The translations under genes and the position numbers were made by a program. From positions 196,540,001-196,604,000 of the forward strand of contig OZ024740.1 of the NCBI GenBank assembly GCA_964016885.1: a stretch of DNA of 64,000 nucleotides. The letters are read 5' to 3'. Shown here one piece after another: positions 1 to 16,212 of this stretch; the stretch's first letter is position 1; each line of letters opens with the position of its first letter. The stretch is from Eledone cirrhosa (taxonomy: Eukaryota). The notes under the pieces were generated by a model. That model saw nothing but the letters and a program-made list of their open reading frames with translations. It ran no database searches and was not told the DNA's origin.

Positions 1-3000
1 GCTGGTGGAAGCGTATGCCCCATCTGGGACACCGCGACCGGACTTCTTCCGACGCCTGGAGAATTTCCTGGGAACGTCTCGCTCCTTGCTTTTAGTGGGG
101 GACTGGAATGGTATCCTGGATGCACGTTGGGACTATGTAGGGCCATGTCCCGATAGAGGGGGGTGTAACAGCCTTAAACGATTAATCGGCCGATTTGATC
201 TGGCCGATAGATATCGACTAGATTTTCCGACTGTGCCACGGTGGGCGTGGAGTAATCGCAGCGAAACATCTAGGTCGGACCTAGATAGGTTCCTAGTTAG
301 AAATAAGGATAAGGAACATATTAAGCTGTCCACGAATGTTCATGGTTGACTATTCGGATCACAAGTTGGTGACCGGAGTGGTCAACTTGATAGAACTCAT
401 AGACAGGGACCCGGTTACTGGAAGCTAAACTTGTCTTTACCGACAAACAAAGCTTACAGTAAGCGGATTAGCACACTAGTTAAGCAGCGTTTGACGGGGG
501 CAATTGTCAACAACAGGTGGTGGGGCTCTCTCAAGAGAGAAATTAGAATAGAATCGATAGGTTTTAGTCGGGAATTAGCATCAGATAGGTATAGAACTGA
601 AAGGGAATTAACAAATAGAGTAGAAGAGGCGATTAGGAGTGGCAACGTGGCCGGCGTGCTGGCGCCAAGAACGGCCCTAGACCAGTTCTTTGATGCGAAG
701 CACGAGGGCTGCGTTGTCAGGAGTAAAATACGTGCTCTGGGTAACGAGGGAGCCAAAACTGTTAGCTGGGCCCGAGTGACAGAGGCAAAAAGTGGAAACA
801 CGTCCACGATTCGCTCTTTGAAGGACAAGGATGGATGCGTGATCCTTGAACCTGAGCGGATGAGCACGGCCTTTCAACGGCGCTTTTCACGACTGTTCGG
901 GAGGGGCGGCGGGCTGAGAGGGGCCATGGATTTCGGTCCATACCTCGACGGTCTGGCGCGGCTCTCGGACGGGGAGGCGAAGTCCTGCGAGAGGCCGATT
1001 TCAGCCGCTGAAATAGGGGAAGCGCTGAGCCAATGCGGCAAACGAAAATCTCCGGGTCTCGATGGTCTACCATACGAACTTTATGTAGCAATGCCGGGCT
1101 TGTTCTCCGGTCTCCTCGAGGCGGTCTACTGCAACTGGCAACAGAACGGGAGAATTCCCAGTTCTGTGACCATGGGCGTAGTCACGCTGGTGAGGAAGGA
1201 CGAGAACAAGGGGGATGACATAGATAACTTCAGGCCCATAACTCTGCTAAACACAGAGTTAAAGATTTTGGCCAAGGTGTTAGCGAAGAGGTTGGCGCTT
1301 GTCGTCGGGAACCTGGTGGGAGAAGCGCAGACATGCGCAATCCCGTCCAGGTCCATACACGACAAACTCCACCTCATGCGATACATCGTAGGGAGGGTAG
1401 GGAACGAACCCGGCTTTGGTGGGGCCCTGATCAACTTGGATCAATCTAAAGCGTTCGACAGGGTTGACCATCGGTACCTGGATGTGGTGCTCGCGGCGGC
1501 AGGCTTCGAACCCTTTTTCAGGGGCTGGATTGCTGAAATGCTCAGCAGCAACACCTGCTCGAGGGTCAAGGTGAACGGCTACCTCTCGGAGCCGTTCCAA
1601 ATCACGCGATCCATTCGACAGGGATGCCCTCTCTCCTCCCTCCTGTATGTGCTGGCTCTCGAGCCTCTACTGCGGAAGCTGGAGCTGTTGCAGGGCATCC
1701 CCTTGGAACCGGGATTGCGGAAAGCGGTGTCGGCCTACGCCACTGACGTGACATTAATGGGGTCATGCGCCTCGGAAATCGGGCAGATCGGCACCTTACT
1801 GGAGGAATATGAAAGGTTCACAGGAGCCAAGCTGAACCGGTACAAGTCCGTCGGTTTGCAACTCGGGACGTGGAGGGGCAAACCGATGCCCTCCGACGGC
1901 ATCGTCGGACGCTGGCCGGAGGGCCCGGTGAAGCTGCTCGGGGTCTGGTTCGGACCGGACCTCCAAGTGGAGAAAAACTGGGACGAGGTAACGGGCAAGG
2001 TGTTTGCACTCGCCCAGAAGTGGGCCGAGTGCAAACTATCCCTGAAAGGTCGAGCGGAGGTGGCGAACGCTTACAAAGCGTCCGTCATCTATTACCGCTT
2101 GACCGTCGTGCCTTGCCCAGAGAAAACACTCGCCAAAATGGAGCGCACGCTCTTCCGATTTCTTTGGAAGAAGCGGGCTCCTTTGGTGAGAAGATCCATC
2201 TGCTGTCAACACCCTTCGAACGGAGGGCTGGGTATGACGTGGCTGACGATGCGTAGACACGCATTAAGGCTACGGGCACCTCCAGGTATTCCTCACCGGT
2301 CAGCCGGTGTGGGCCCTGTTTGTGAGGCGAGCCTTTCCGAGACTCGTCTCACTCACCGAGCTGCAATCCTGGGTCAAGCAAAGACCGAGAAAAGTGGGCG
2401 ACTGGCACATTGAATGTGCCCAGGCGCTCACGGCCCTCTGGCAAGCGGATCCGGCAATCAGTGGAGACTCAACCTCAACATTCTATAGAGGGTTGGTGCG
2501 CAGTAAGTGCGACGACGCTCTCGGAGAGGCTCTGGGCATGGAGGAAGACGAGCCGGCCAGTCTGTTCGGTAGGACGTTTGGCCCGGGACCGATGGACAAC
2601 TTCCAAAAGTCCCTGGCTTGGCAATGTTACCGAGGAGCTCTACCCGTTCGGGACAAGCTCTACAGACACGGGCGCTCGGGTAGGGACCCCTCGAAGAAGA
2701 TCTGTCCGAGATGCGTGCGTGACGAAGAAACCGTCGCACACGCATTCGTACACTTCCCGGGCGTTGCTGACCTATGGGGCTATGTAGAACGACTACTGTC
2801 GCGGGTGGGACCAATCCGGTTGACCACCGAGAACATTGTCACGATCAAATCGCCTCCCCCTTTCAAAAACGAAGGAGAGGCGGTTTTCCTCTGTGTGATA
2901 GCCATGGCGAAAGAAGTTGTATGGTGGACAAGGTTGAAAGGGCTGAGGTCAGACCCCTTTCTCTCCGGCCAACAACTGGTCTTTTTTTTTCAAGTACCAC

Positions 3001-3360
3001 TTTAGAAAATGGATCAGAATGGAGAGAGAGGTGCTCTACCCCAGCAAGTTTTATGAAAGATGGGTGAAAGTAGCGAGAATGGCCCGAGTGAATGGGCCTT
3101 CTCTCTATATCAGCCTGTAGGTGAGAGAGGAGAAGAATGAGAAGAGGAAGGAAGCACCCGCTCTTTGTGCTCCTGAAGAGGAGGGTTGCACATTTTCTCG
3201 GGGGGTGTGTGCGACCCATGTCAACGCCCCTCCCTATTGAGGACATCGATTGTTAAATTTAATTTGTTATATGTTTTTTGCACGTCTTTTTAAATGTATG
3301 TAAACTCCCCCCTTTGTATTTGTCCCAACCTTTGATGCCCTGGTGGCAAATAAATAGAAA
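1..3360 (+). mobile_element. Non-LTR retrotransposon, L1/Tx1 clade; ORF2 (APE endonuclease, RT, C-terminal Zn finger), frameshifted, continues past the window start
   Basis: APE motifs in ORF 5..349 (YAP, GDWN, SDLDR) followed out of frame by SDH and GPGYWKLN. RT motifs in 431..2413: KSPGLDGLP, NFRPITLLN, LDQSKAFDRVDH, SIRQGCPLS, AYATDV (expected AYADD). CPRC...ETVAH finger in 2307..3005. 3' UTR ends near AATAAA at about 3350. Confidence 0.93.
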
Positions 3361-4745
3361 TATATATCAATTACCACCAAGCCCTCCCCCTCTCTATATC
3401 TACTATACGGAACTCTCTTCCAATCCCCCTCTCTATATCAATTACCCCCCCCCCCCCCTCTCTGTTTCTATCTCTCCCATCTGTCTCTACATAACATGTA
3501 CATAAATTGTAGCGCATATACAAATAGATGTGTTTTGGTAGTTGAGGGAGAAAAATATGATTATTGCGGGACGCCATGTGTGCCCCCCCCCCACATACAC
3601 ACACATACACCCCCGTTCAACGACCCCTGGGAAAAAGCTTGCGTTCGTTTATCATAAACATATAAACACTCCTCATAAAACTGGAGAGTGGAGAGAATAC
3701 AACACAGCCAAACTGTCTCACTGCTCTACATTATTCTTTCCTTTTCTTTTTCTTTTTTCTTTTTACTAGTTTCAGTCATTAGTCTCCTCCGGGTAAACGC
3801 CTGCTCCACTCTGTCCACCGGGGTCGTGGGACGGCCAGTGTGTGAGACCCCATTTGCTCATAACAGTGAGAGATGGGGAGAGCGGGAGAGACGGAGGCAG
3901 TGACAGTGGGAATTTTGTTCTTTTGTGTTCGGACCTGGTGTATATATGTATGTTTCACGGACACACTCTCACACGTAAAGCAATTGAATCCTAACCTTTT
4001 GAACCCCACTTAGAGTTGTTCTATAAACTGTTTTGCTCAACTCAAATGGGTTTTAGAGGCACAGTGAATTGAATTGATGTCAGTATGCTGCCATTGAACC
4101 GACAGGGATGAAAAATAAAATCGCTGTGTCAATCCCTTGTGTTTTTTTTTTGGAGGGGGGGGGGGGGGTTCCCCAATACCGGACTTACAGTTTCCAAACA
4201 AAGAAGTACAAAGCTAGATATATAAAGCCATCCAATATGGAATTCTATTATCTCTGTCGTTCTGGGATTGATTTAAATCGACTTTCCCCTTTCTCCTAAA
4301 TTGCTGGTTTTCTGCCTCAATTAGAAAACATAGTTATATAATGATTGGTAAGATCGTTAAAACGTTGCTTCGTCGCATTCAGTTACGGTCTTCTATGTTC
4401 TGAGTTCAAATCTCGCAGAGGCTTGCTTTGCCTTTTATCATTACGGGGTCGATAAAATAAAGTACAAGTTAAGTACTGGGGTTGATATATTCGACTTTGC
4501 TCCCCACCAAAAAGAATTCGGACCTGGTGTATATATGTGTTTAATAAGAGAGAATGAGTCTGCGGTGATGATTTAGTGAACTATATCGACCCCAGTACTT
4601 TTTTTGTTGTTCAAGTCTGATATTTATATCACTGATACCTTTTTGTCGATAAACACAGACGCAGGCATGAATTTAAACATGGACACACACACAAACGCAT
4701 ACCCCCCCCCTATATATATATATACACACACACATATATATATAT

Positions 4746-4794
<49 letters not shown>

Positions 4795-4805
4795 TATATA
4801 TATAT

Positions 4806-4876
<71 letters not shown>

Positions 4877-4911
4877 TATATATATATATATACATATATA
4901 TATACACACAC

Positions 4912-4946
<35 letters not shown>

Positions 4947-4966
4947 CATATATATACATATATAAT

Positions 4967-5758
<792 letters not shown>

Positions 5759-6017
5759 TATACATATATATATATATACCAAACGACCAGCCCTGTCCAT
5801 TGTTCAATTGGTCAAGTATAGATTAAAATAGGCACTCCCAAAAATTCTTATTTAGATAAAATAGACCATATACTCATTGTATTCTCATTAGAAACCCTTT
5901 ATATACTTGTTTACCAGTAAATAGAATTGCCATCTGTCATATACTATCCCCTCTCTTCTTCCTTTATTACAACTAATATAAATACTTCAATTTTTCTGAT
6001 TTTTTCCAATTTATCCG

Positions 6018-6137
6018 ATATCTCTGAAGAAGTGACAACTGATTATACATTTGCTATCGAATACTTGCTAACATTATATGATTACGCAAGCAGCGATACA
6101 TAGGTATTCCGTCTGTTACAGAAACATATGTCAATAC
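6018..6137 (+). ncRNA. Hammerhead-like motif with extended stem II
   Basis: CTGAAGA-AGTGACA...TGTTACA-GAAA-CATATGT-C; palindromic stem III ACATATGT; stem I is weak. Confidence 0.6.
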
Positions 6138-6202
6138 CTAATAAATTCCTTTTAAAAAAAAAGCACTTTCATTTTATATTCATCTTTTCTATATATATAT
6201 AC

Positions 6203-6478
<276 letters not shown>

Positions 6479-6536
6479 TTATACATATATATATACATAT
6501 ATATATATACATATATATATACATATATATATATAC

Positions 6537-6591
<55 letters not shown>

Positions 6592-6714
6592 TATATATAT
6601 ATATATACATATATATACATATATATATATATACATATATATACATATATATACATATATATATATATACATATATATACATATATATACATATATATAC
6701 ATATATATATACAC

Positions 6715-6759
<45 letters not shown>

Positions 6760-7202
6760 AAAAAATGGGGAGAAGAATACTGCAGGTTGCACATGGATAA
6801 CATGTAATAAAATGAGTCCCTCATCAGTGATTTGCCGACGATCATAGATATTTCATTGCATTAAAAATCATATACCTCACGTCGGTGCAATAATAACTAA
6901 ATTAAGTTATTAGGACAATTAAAACGCGTAAAGCGAGTGAGACAAGTAAACAACGAAGAGGAGAGCTAACCGTAGAGAGGAAGGGAACAAGCTACATAGT
7001 TATTCTGTTGGCATAAGCTAGGTGAATATATGAGCGCTTAGAAAAAAGACCTTTCGAGATGAATCCAAATGTGAGAAAGAGAGAAAATGTTTTCGTCGCG
7101 ATCGGGGTGAAGTGAGAAGGGGAGAAACAGTGAGTGAGTGAGTGGAAGTGTGAGGAAGAGTTAACTGACATGACAGAGGGGGCGAAAGAAAGTAGGAGAA
7201 AC

Positions 7203-7331
<129 letters not shown>

Positions 7332-7335
7332 CATA

Positions 7336-7548
<213 letters not shown>

Positions 7549-7552
7549 CATA

Positions 7553-7654
<102 letters not shown>

Positions 7655-7671
7655 ATATATATATATATATA

Positions 7672-8072
7672 TAAATTAATTAAAATAATGAATAAAAACA
7701 AAGAAACAGTTCCTTATATTAAAAAATTCATCATTTTACGATCGTTTCTAGGATATATATGTTTGTGTTGGTATGTATATCATAGATCTATGTAAAGTTT
7801 TTACAAAATATCAGAGGGAATATACATACCTACACATATATATATATATCCTAGAAACGATCGTAAAATGATGAATTTTTTAATATAAGGAACTGTTTCT
7901 TTGTTTTTATTCATTATTTTTATTAATTTATCTTGACTCTGTTTTCCTGTATTTTTCATCGGAAAAAAAAAAAAAAATTCTTTTTTGAATACTTCTTTTT
8001 TCATGATATTCGGATTACATTGAGTTCTTCATACGGATTGGACACTACCGTACATTTTGGTAGATTTTTCTA
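7672..8072 (+). repeat. Inverted repeat (~100 bp arms) plus tail in (TA)n; contains the 3' half of an HHR (GAAACGATCGTA)
   Basis: About 7672..7760 is the reverse complement of about 7842..7931. Confidence 0.8.
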
Positions 8073-8079
8073 CATATAT

Positions 8080-8320
<241 letters not shown>

Positions 8321-8984
8321 AATATATATTATCTATTGAGTACGCTGAAATGCAACCGGTCCTGGCATTGTTAAATACGCCGGGTCCGTCAACTTTTTCT
8401 TGTTATTATCTCCCAACTAGCAGACTAATGAGAGTAAGTTAAACAATTTTTCACTTTTTTTTTGTTTTTGTTTTGATATGCGCTCTAATTCCTGCTATTA
8501 TTTTTTTTCTTTCTCACTCGCATTTTGAATCGTTTAAGTTGTGAGATAGAATGGTTTACGCACGTGACTGCCGCTACCAGCACACCACTCTATATCGCTG
8601 TATAGTGGATGGAGGCATTTAATGTCGGTTAAAGGTTCTGGGCCCTATCACTGTTACCATCGCCATGGGACGTGTAGACAAGAGCTGAATGCTACTATTC
8701 TATTGTGCAAAGATGTGGAATTGCTTTTTCTAATAACCAACTTTTCACTATCTTACCAATGTCTGTTTGAGACACGTTGGCTGAGAACTTTTGGCGGGAA
8801 CGAAAATATTCATTTTCTAATCTCCTGCCACCACGTAAATTTGTAAATCGGTGGCTGGTCGGGGACGGAGATGTATTAGATTCCAGTTGCTAATCATTTT
8901 ACTGTGTCGGCCGTCACATACAGTCATGGCCGGCATGGACTGGGGTTGAACTCTGTCGAGCGATTGATTATTGATTAGGCGATA

Positions 8985-9095
8985 CCCGCTGATGAATCCA
9001 CATGCGCCGATTATGCATTGTTGCATAATATATGCAGACAGAGGGTGAAGTGCACCCTATTGCTGCATTAAGTGTGGCTGAAACTCGAGTCCGGG
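8985..9095 (+). ncRNA. Type I hammerhead ribozyme, canonical core, long branched stem II
   Basis: CCCG-CTGATGA-(CCACAT...GTGTGG)-GAAA-CTCGAGT-C-CGGG; palindromic stem III ACTCGAGT; GUC site. Confidence 0.85.
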
Positions 9096-9193
9096 AACTA
9101 ATATAGACACCTGTTTACATGTGTTGTGTTGATAATATATATAATCATGAAGTACAAGTCAACAGGTTATAATTCAATTCGTTTATTCATAAT

Positions 9194-9252
9194 CGTTGCA
9201 ATACATATTTCGGTGATAACAGTTATGCACCAGTTATGACCTCATCAGACGG
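9194..9252 (-). ncRNA. Hammerhead ribozyme motif (degenerate paralog at 29822..29880 on the plus strand)
   Basis: Minus strand: CCGT-CTGATGA-GGTCATAAC...GTTATCACC-GAAA-TATGTAT-T; stem I is weak. Confidence 0.68.
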
Positions 9253-11425
9253 CTAGAAGTTGAACAGAAAAAGACATAAAAACATAAAGAAGAAATAAAA
9301 CTTACTTCTGTTGTTTCGATTCATTGATATGCCCTGATATCTCTCAAAGTACCGGTGACACACACACATACTCACACATACATATATATATGTATATATA
9401 TATGTATGAATGTAAGTATAAATATGAGAAGTTTCTGCTATTTCCGTATTTACACCCACCCCCTAGGCAGTGGTCAATCTAAGAAGACACTCTCACAACA
9501 TGCCGTGAAATGGAACCAGAACCACATGGTTGCAAAGCAAACTCTTTAACCACACAGCCATGTTTGAACCTGTATACATTTAACCACCGCATGTCAGAAT
9601 GTGCAGGATGATCTGCAACCAGACATAGCTACAGTATCTCCAGAGCTTTAGATTTTTAAATTTCACATATTCATTCACTGAATTACCTATATACCACTGG
9701 ACTGCTTCGATCAGGATTAACCTGGGGATATACAACAGCAACACTGTTTTTCATCTTGCATGTATAAAACGTATAATTTTCTTATGCATAACTCCACCTG
9801 TTATCACTTACATATGACTTCATACTTATATAACGGAATACTCCTATGTTTTACCGGCGAAGATTCGAAAGCGAATCTGAGGTTTCTCGCCTCTGGGACC
9901 ACCCATTATTGGAAGGTTCCCACCATTGTCCTGTCAAGTCAACGGTGGTAAACGTACATACCACTTGACTTGTGACTCCAGCTTCCTGGGAGACGATATC
10001 CACATGGCTGATCATAAATCAACCTCATATACACATCCTTCTAACTATAGCATTATTATAAATACATGGACTTAAAGAATCCAGCACACTGAGAGACCGA
10101 AGCAAGCAGTCCGTGTTAAGGTTAACGATGTAGCAGACCTTTTACTCTTTCTCTCTCCTGGTCTTACTGACTCTCACCTTCTCGGCCACAGACACAGCCA
10201 GACAGACCAGACATGAAGCAGCAGTCCTTGAGACGAATAACGTATACTAAGAACAGACACACACACACACATAGTAAGTTAATCTATTCTTCCGTCTCCC
10301 TGTCATATTGTATCGTCGTATATATACATGCATGCACGCTAGCTCGAAGTAGCTAGCCAGCAAATTATTGTAGGGATAAATTCTGTCACATATTTTATTG
10401 TAAAATAAACATTGTCAACATCACAATCGTGGCATTATTCTTCTTATCAAACATCCATCAAAGAATAACATTTATCCCATACACTTATCCTTCCTATCTC
10501 TAACTATCCTATCCTCCCACCACAGGGTAGAGAGGCCTCTTCAGTTAAGTCTATGACCGACAATCTTCCTAGTGGTGGTACCACGATAAAATACACCTAG
10601 TACACTATGTGAAGTGGTTGGTGTTAGAAAGGACTTCCAGCCATAGAACCCCTGCCCAAAAATGTTGAGAGGACCCTTCAGTTGTGTCAAGCATACGAAC
10701 ATCTCTCTATTGTCGGTAAAACGATAAAACCCATTGGATTCTGTAAAATAGTTGATGATTGGAAAGGCATCTAGCCGTAGAAAACCCGTTGGTATCACGA
10801 TAAAATGTACCCGGCACACTCTGTAGAATGCGGGAGCGTATATAAGAGAGAAGCTGCTCTCTGTCCTAGTTTTGATTAAGTACTGACTTGGTCTGTGATG
10901 ACCCGTCCAACCATTGTTAGCAGGGTAAATGGACGTTAAATTATGATGATAATGATAATACATTCTTTAAACCTTTAAAATAGATGAAATGGTCAAGGCT
11001 GGAACGTCTATGAATAAAGGTCCCACGGCACTTCAATATATCTCAATGTTTTGCTTTCTATCAAGACAAGGAATGTAGCAATGAGATCTCATTTAACAAT
11101 ATATTAAGAAACCCCGCAGTGTAGAGCCGTTGTTTTTGAAATTGAGAGCATTACAAAACTTAAGATTGACCTCTTATCATCATAGGTGAAGTGTTGGCAG
11201 ATCATTATGGGTGTTTGGTGTAATGCTTCAGTATTTGTTCTCGCTCAGTGCGCTTTAAGTTTAAATCCTGCCGAGATCAACCTTGCCTTTTATCCTTTCA
11301 GGGTCAATAACATTTTAGTCCAATGGGGTGTGTGTGCATGAATCGATTAGTTAAAGAGCCGGACGGGATATATTGTGATATCTGATGCGGCTCCGTACGA
11401 GCTTAGATTCCGGCTCCGACGCCTT

Positions 11426-11705
11426 GGAGGCGCGTGGCCTAGTGGTAAGGGTGTTTGTTGGACATACGGTCAAAATGTGGGTTCGATTCCTGGACTGAGT
11501 TGTGTGTTGAGTAAAACACTTCATTTCCCTTTGCTCCAGTATATTAAGCTGACAATATGTATCACCAATAGCTGGGAGTTTAAAACTGCGATGAATTGGA
11601 ATCCTGTCCAGGGGGAGTCTTGTACGCTTAGTCGTTTCATGTCATGGAAATTGGAATAAGAACTGGCCTGATGAGCTCCCGGACACGAGATAGACTTTAG
11701 ACTTT
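11426..11705 (+). mobile_element. Second tRNA-derived SINE family
   Basis: A box TGGCCTAGTGG, B box GGTTCGATTCC, core TTGAGCAA(G/A)ACACTT, 3' CCTGATGAGC...GAGA(T/C)AGACTTT; paralogs near 27975, 41575, 47105, 49038 and 55755 (minus). Confidence 0.8.
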
Positions 11706-12539
11706 TCCTACTGCCTAATACTTTACTTATTGACTTCTAAATGATGAAAGGTATGGTTGACCTGGGTCAAATTTGAAATTAAAATGTAAAGACAGAAAAA
11801 TTGCTACAAACCATTAACCGGACGCTCTAACTATTCTGCTGGCCGACTGCCTAACTTGTTAAACAAGTATACACAAACATACGTATGTTTGTGTGAGCTA
11901 AGAGAATTACTGACAGATAAAATCACCTGCCAACTCAGACAAAATTTCATCTGTCAGTATTTCTCTAACTCCACGTCAAGAAATATATGATTTAGTATAT
12001 TTACTTAAAGACCACTTCGCTAATACCAATCTAACATTCTGTCGTGTAGTGCATAAACTGTCCTGTTAAATTATTTTGCTTACATGATCACGAACATGGA
12101 CATTTAACAAAATTATTTTTATGTATTTCCAAATGTGCATAGAATATAATAGTGATATGCACTTGTTTTGTAGATTTGTGTGATAGACATACTAAAGCCT
12201 GCACAGAATTGAGGATATATTTAGGATATAGAGTCAATATAAGTTTCTAATTGTGGCATAAGGCCAGCAATTAAGGAAGTGTAAGTCGATTACAACGACT
12301 TAGTGTTGTTTGCAAATAAGAACATGGATGGGCTTCTACGTTTGGTGGTTCATAGTTGTTGTCAGGGCGATATGATGCGACACTCAAATGCTGTTTCGAT
12401 TGATGTTAAGCCTCTGCCCCTCCCCCCTCTTTATGTTTTAGGTATGTCTATATCACTGTTGATGTGGAAATTTCCGGTTTTGGTTAGAACTTTTAGGGTT
12501 TTAAACATTAGTGGCTCAGATCTCATCTAGTGTTCAATC

Positions 12540-12825
12540 AAGTAATCAAAATGTGGGTATCAGCACAGGCACACATTTTGGACCACTGAAAGTTCTGAAG
12601 AGCATATTTTTCTTATTATATTCCCTGGTTATTAATTTATTTTTACAAATACTATCACTGATTTTCATTCCACCCAAGCAACACTCGGCATCAAAACTAT
12701 CAAGTGCAAGTCGGAGATCACCTTCTGTCGAATTAAGTAACACCTTGTCTCTTGCAAATTCCAACCGACTGATTTCACACTCGCCAGTCGTGATACCAAC
12801 CCGGCTGCGTATGTCAATCCTGTTA
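12540..12825 (-). mobile_element. Degenerate LINE RT fragment (RTE-like)
   Basis: ORF 12546..12854 contains ISRLEFARDKVLL (decayed LxFADDxVL) and LDSFDAEC..GMKIS. Confidence 0.5.
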
Positions 12826-13463
12826 ATGAAAATAATTGTTTCTACTTTTGGCACAAGACCAGCAATTACCCAGTGTATTACTGGTACTTTATTTTATCGA
12901 CCCCATAAGGATGAAAGGCAAAGTTAACCTCGGCGGGATTTGAACTCAGAATGGCAAGGGCCGTAACTCTATGCGTCAAAATGAAAATAATGAACAGGAG
13001 ATATGACAGTACGCACCCTTGGCAGATTTCGATTCCCACATCGAATGGTTTCAATTTAGCACCATTTACGGGTTGATATTACTGACAAAAATTCCTTCAA
13101 GGTGATGCTGTATCATATCCATGTATAATAACTGAAAACAAAAATAAAAGGATTATAATACTGTTATTTTACACATATAGAAATATGTACGACAAACTTA
13201 CAATAGCGTCTGTGCAAATATCGTGGCATCAGTTAAAATAACTCTGCAGTGAATAAGCGAAAATTGATAACTGCTGAACCGCGTGTTGCTCACATCCATC
13301 ATATTATTTGCAACTACTAAAAGACATTTTGAAATATTTTATGTATAGTTTACGACAAGTTAAAAAAAAATTGGCTTTGGAGAAGACATTGCTCTCTTGC
13401 TATTTAGAACAACTCAAAGATAATTTTGCAAATAGATGTGTGTATGTATGTATCTACCCCCCC

Positions 13464-13521
<58 letters not shown>

Positions 13522-13594
13522 CAACATGAATGGACCTGTTATTTTTATCTAAAGACACCACCCGTCCCCTCAATCTATCTTATTTCTCATTCTT

Positions 13595-13630
13595 TCTTCT
13601 GATGAAGGACTAGCGTCCGAAACGTTAAGA
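13595..13630 (+). ncRNA. Minimal type I hammerhead ribozyme
   Basis: TCTT-CTGATGA-A-GGAC-TAGC-GTCC-GAAA-CGT-T-AAGA. Confidence 0.85.
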
Positions 13631-13712
13631 TCCTCATCCTGCTATATCAAGCGTTAACCTAATATATCCCTTCCATATACTGTACCGATTGTGTTTTTAT
13701 TCCTGTTTACCC

Positions 13713-13797
<85 letters not shown>

Positions 13798-13856
13798 GGA
13801 AAACGAAGAATCAGAGTGCTCAACCGGTCCGCCTATGGACGCATCCTAGCAACCAT

Positions 13857-13909
<53 letters not shown>

Positions 13910-14128
13910 ATGTAATAAACAACATAAGGCAATTATTCCATTTACCAGTGGTTTCTTAAAAGCAAAAGGTTTTGCTTTTAATCCTCAGAATGAAAAAATC
14001 CTGGTTTGTTTATTGAATTTGGATCTTAAAAACAAAAAAAGCAAGCTATATGAAAGTGAGGCTGGAGAAGGAAGAAGGAAAGGAAAAATAAAAATAAAAT
14101 AAGACTACCCATACAACCACACATACAC

Positions 14129-14227
<99 letters not shown>

Positions 14228-14606
14228 TGTGTATGCGCGCACGCACGCACGCGTATACAAATATAAATATATTTCCCCCATACACATGTGTGCGCGTGCA
14301 TGCGCGCATACACGCAGGGTATGTTCTGTTGAAAGTGTCTCGTGAATTTATGGCTACAGTTGTATAGATTATACTTAGAAATTGTCTACAGAATTCCCTA
14401 AACCTTCGTCAATATACTAGAACCTTTAAGAATTTAGCTTTTAAGGAATCTCCCCTTCCTCCAAATCTATCTACCATGACTGACCCCATACTGATCTTAC
14501 AGACACCTGTAAACTAAAGAGAAAGCTAATGATAAGGATTGGCTCCAATCTGAATACAGAAATCTGTCTGCCTTTGTTCCTCTAAGAACAAACATATACA
14601 AACATT

Positions 14607-14675
<69 letters not shown>

Positions 14676-14699
14676 CTACACACACACACGCATACATAT

Positions 14700-14732
<33 letters not shown>

Positions 14733-14783
14733 TGCATATATACACACACATACACACACACACATATACACACGCATATATAT

Positions 14784-14833
<50 letters not shown>

Positions 14834-14875
14834 GTGTACACGCATACACATACGTACACATAGCCATACCCACAC

Positions 14876-14917
<42 letters not shown>

Positions 14918-15252
14918 GTATATATATACATACATACATTCACACAATCAAACATATATACACACGTACATGCATACACATACATAAATGCACTCCTCTA
15001 CATATTCACACACGCAAATAAATATAATAAAAAATATATATATATATATTATAAAAATATTGAGACCGTTACATAAGGCAGCAAACTGGACAGACAAGCG
15101 TGGTAAGAAACACACGCAAAAGCACATATACATACGCACGAAATAGTCAACGCATTCACACACTCTCACACATAAAAAAAAATGTATGTATATATGTATG
15201 TATTTGTGTGTGTGTGTATATATGTGTATGTGTGGATAAGCCAGGTTTCACT

Positions 15253-15307
15253 CATCCTGAAGATTGTAGGAAAAATTTTTTTGCTTTTAAGAAACCCTTG
15301 GTAAATG
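15253..15307 (+). ncRNA. Type I hammerhead ribozyme, diverged direct repeat of 16783..16836
   Basis: CATC-CTGAAGA-TTGTAGGAAAAA...TTTGCTTTTAA-GAAA-CCCTTGGT-A-AATG. Confidence 0.7.
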
Positions 15308-15475
15308 GAATAATTGCCTTATGTTGCTTTAATACTTTACTACTACATATACGTATATGTAAGGTCCTTATGATTTACCTAAGATTGAGTTTTACATACA
15401 CACACGCATATACGTGTGTGTATGCGTATGCATGTGTGTGTGCGTGGTTGTGTATGTGTGTATATGTGTATATGC

Positions 15476-15531
<56 letters not shown>

Positions 15532-15576
15532 ATATATGTGTGTGTGTACATATGTGCGTGTGTATATATTGATAAT

Positions 15577-15612
<36 letters not shown>

Positions 15613-16125
15613 TATTCTGTTGTGCGTGTTTATGATATATACGTATTTGTATGTGTATAATTGTTTAGCTATGTATGTATATGTGTGTGTATGTGTACGT
15701 GTATATATATGTGTGTGTGTACGTTTGTATTTATGTAATTTTATGTGTGTTTATGTATGCATATATGTGTGTGTGTGCATATAGTTGTATACACATGTGT
15801 GTGTGTATAGATAGTACACTTGTGCGTGGTTATGCATGTATGCGTATGTATGCGGTTATGTACTTGTATTTGAAAAAATTTTTTATGTGTGAGAGTGTGT
15901 GAATGCGTTGACTATTTCGTGCGTATGTATATGTGCTTTTGCGTGTGTTTCTTACCACGCTTGTCTGTCCAGTTTGCTGCCTTATGTAACGGTCTCAATA
16001 TTTTTATAATATATATATATATATTTTTTATTATATTTATTTGCGTGTGTGAATATGTAGAGGAGTGCATTTATGTATGTGTATGCATGTACGTGTGTAT
16101 ATATGTTTGATTGTGTGAATGTATG

Positions 16126-16157
<32 letters not shown>

Positions 16158-16159
16158 CG

Positions 16160-16212
<53 letters not shown>

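Noticed and set aside
454-3246. Antisense and alternate-frame ORFs over the LINE
   Set aside because: Shadow ORFs of GC-rich coding sequence with no recognisable motifs.
6815-6860. Permuted hammerhead on the minus strand (GAAA...GTC...CTGATGA), paralog near 25005..25048
   Set aside because: I could not form convincing stems I and II; left uncalled.
9590-10543. Solo LTR (also considered for 59401..60090)
   Set aside because: TATA and AATAAA-like signals are present, but I found no matching TSD or second LTR.
11426-11500. tRNA gene
   Set aside because: A and B boxes are present but run into a SINE body, and the cloverleaf is degenerate.
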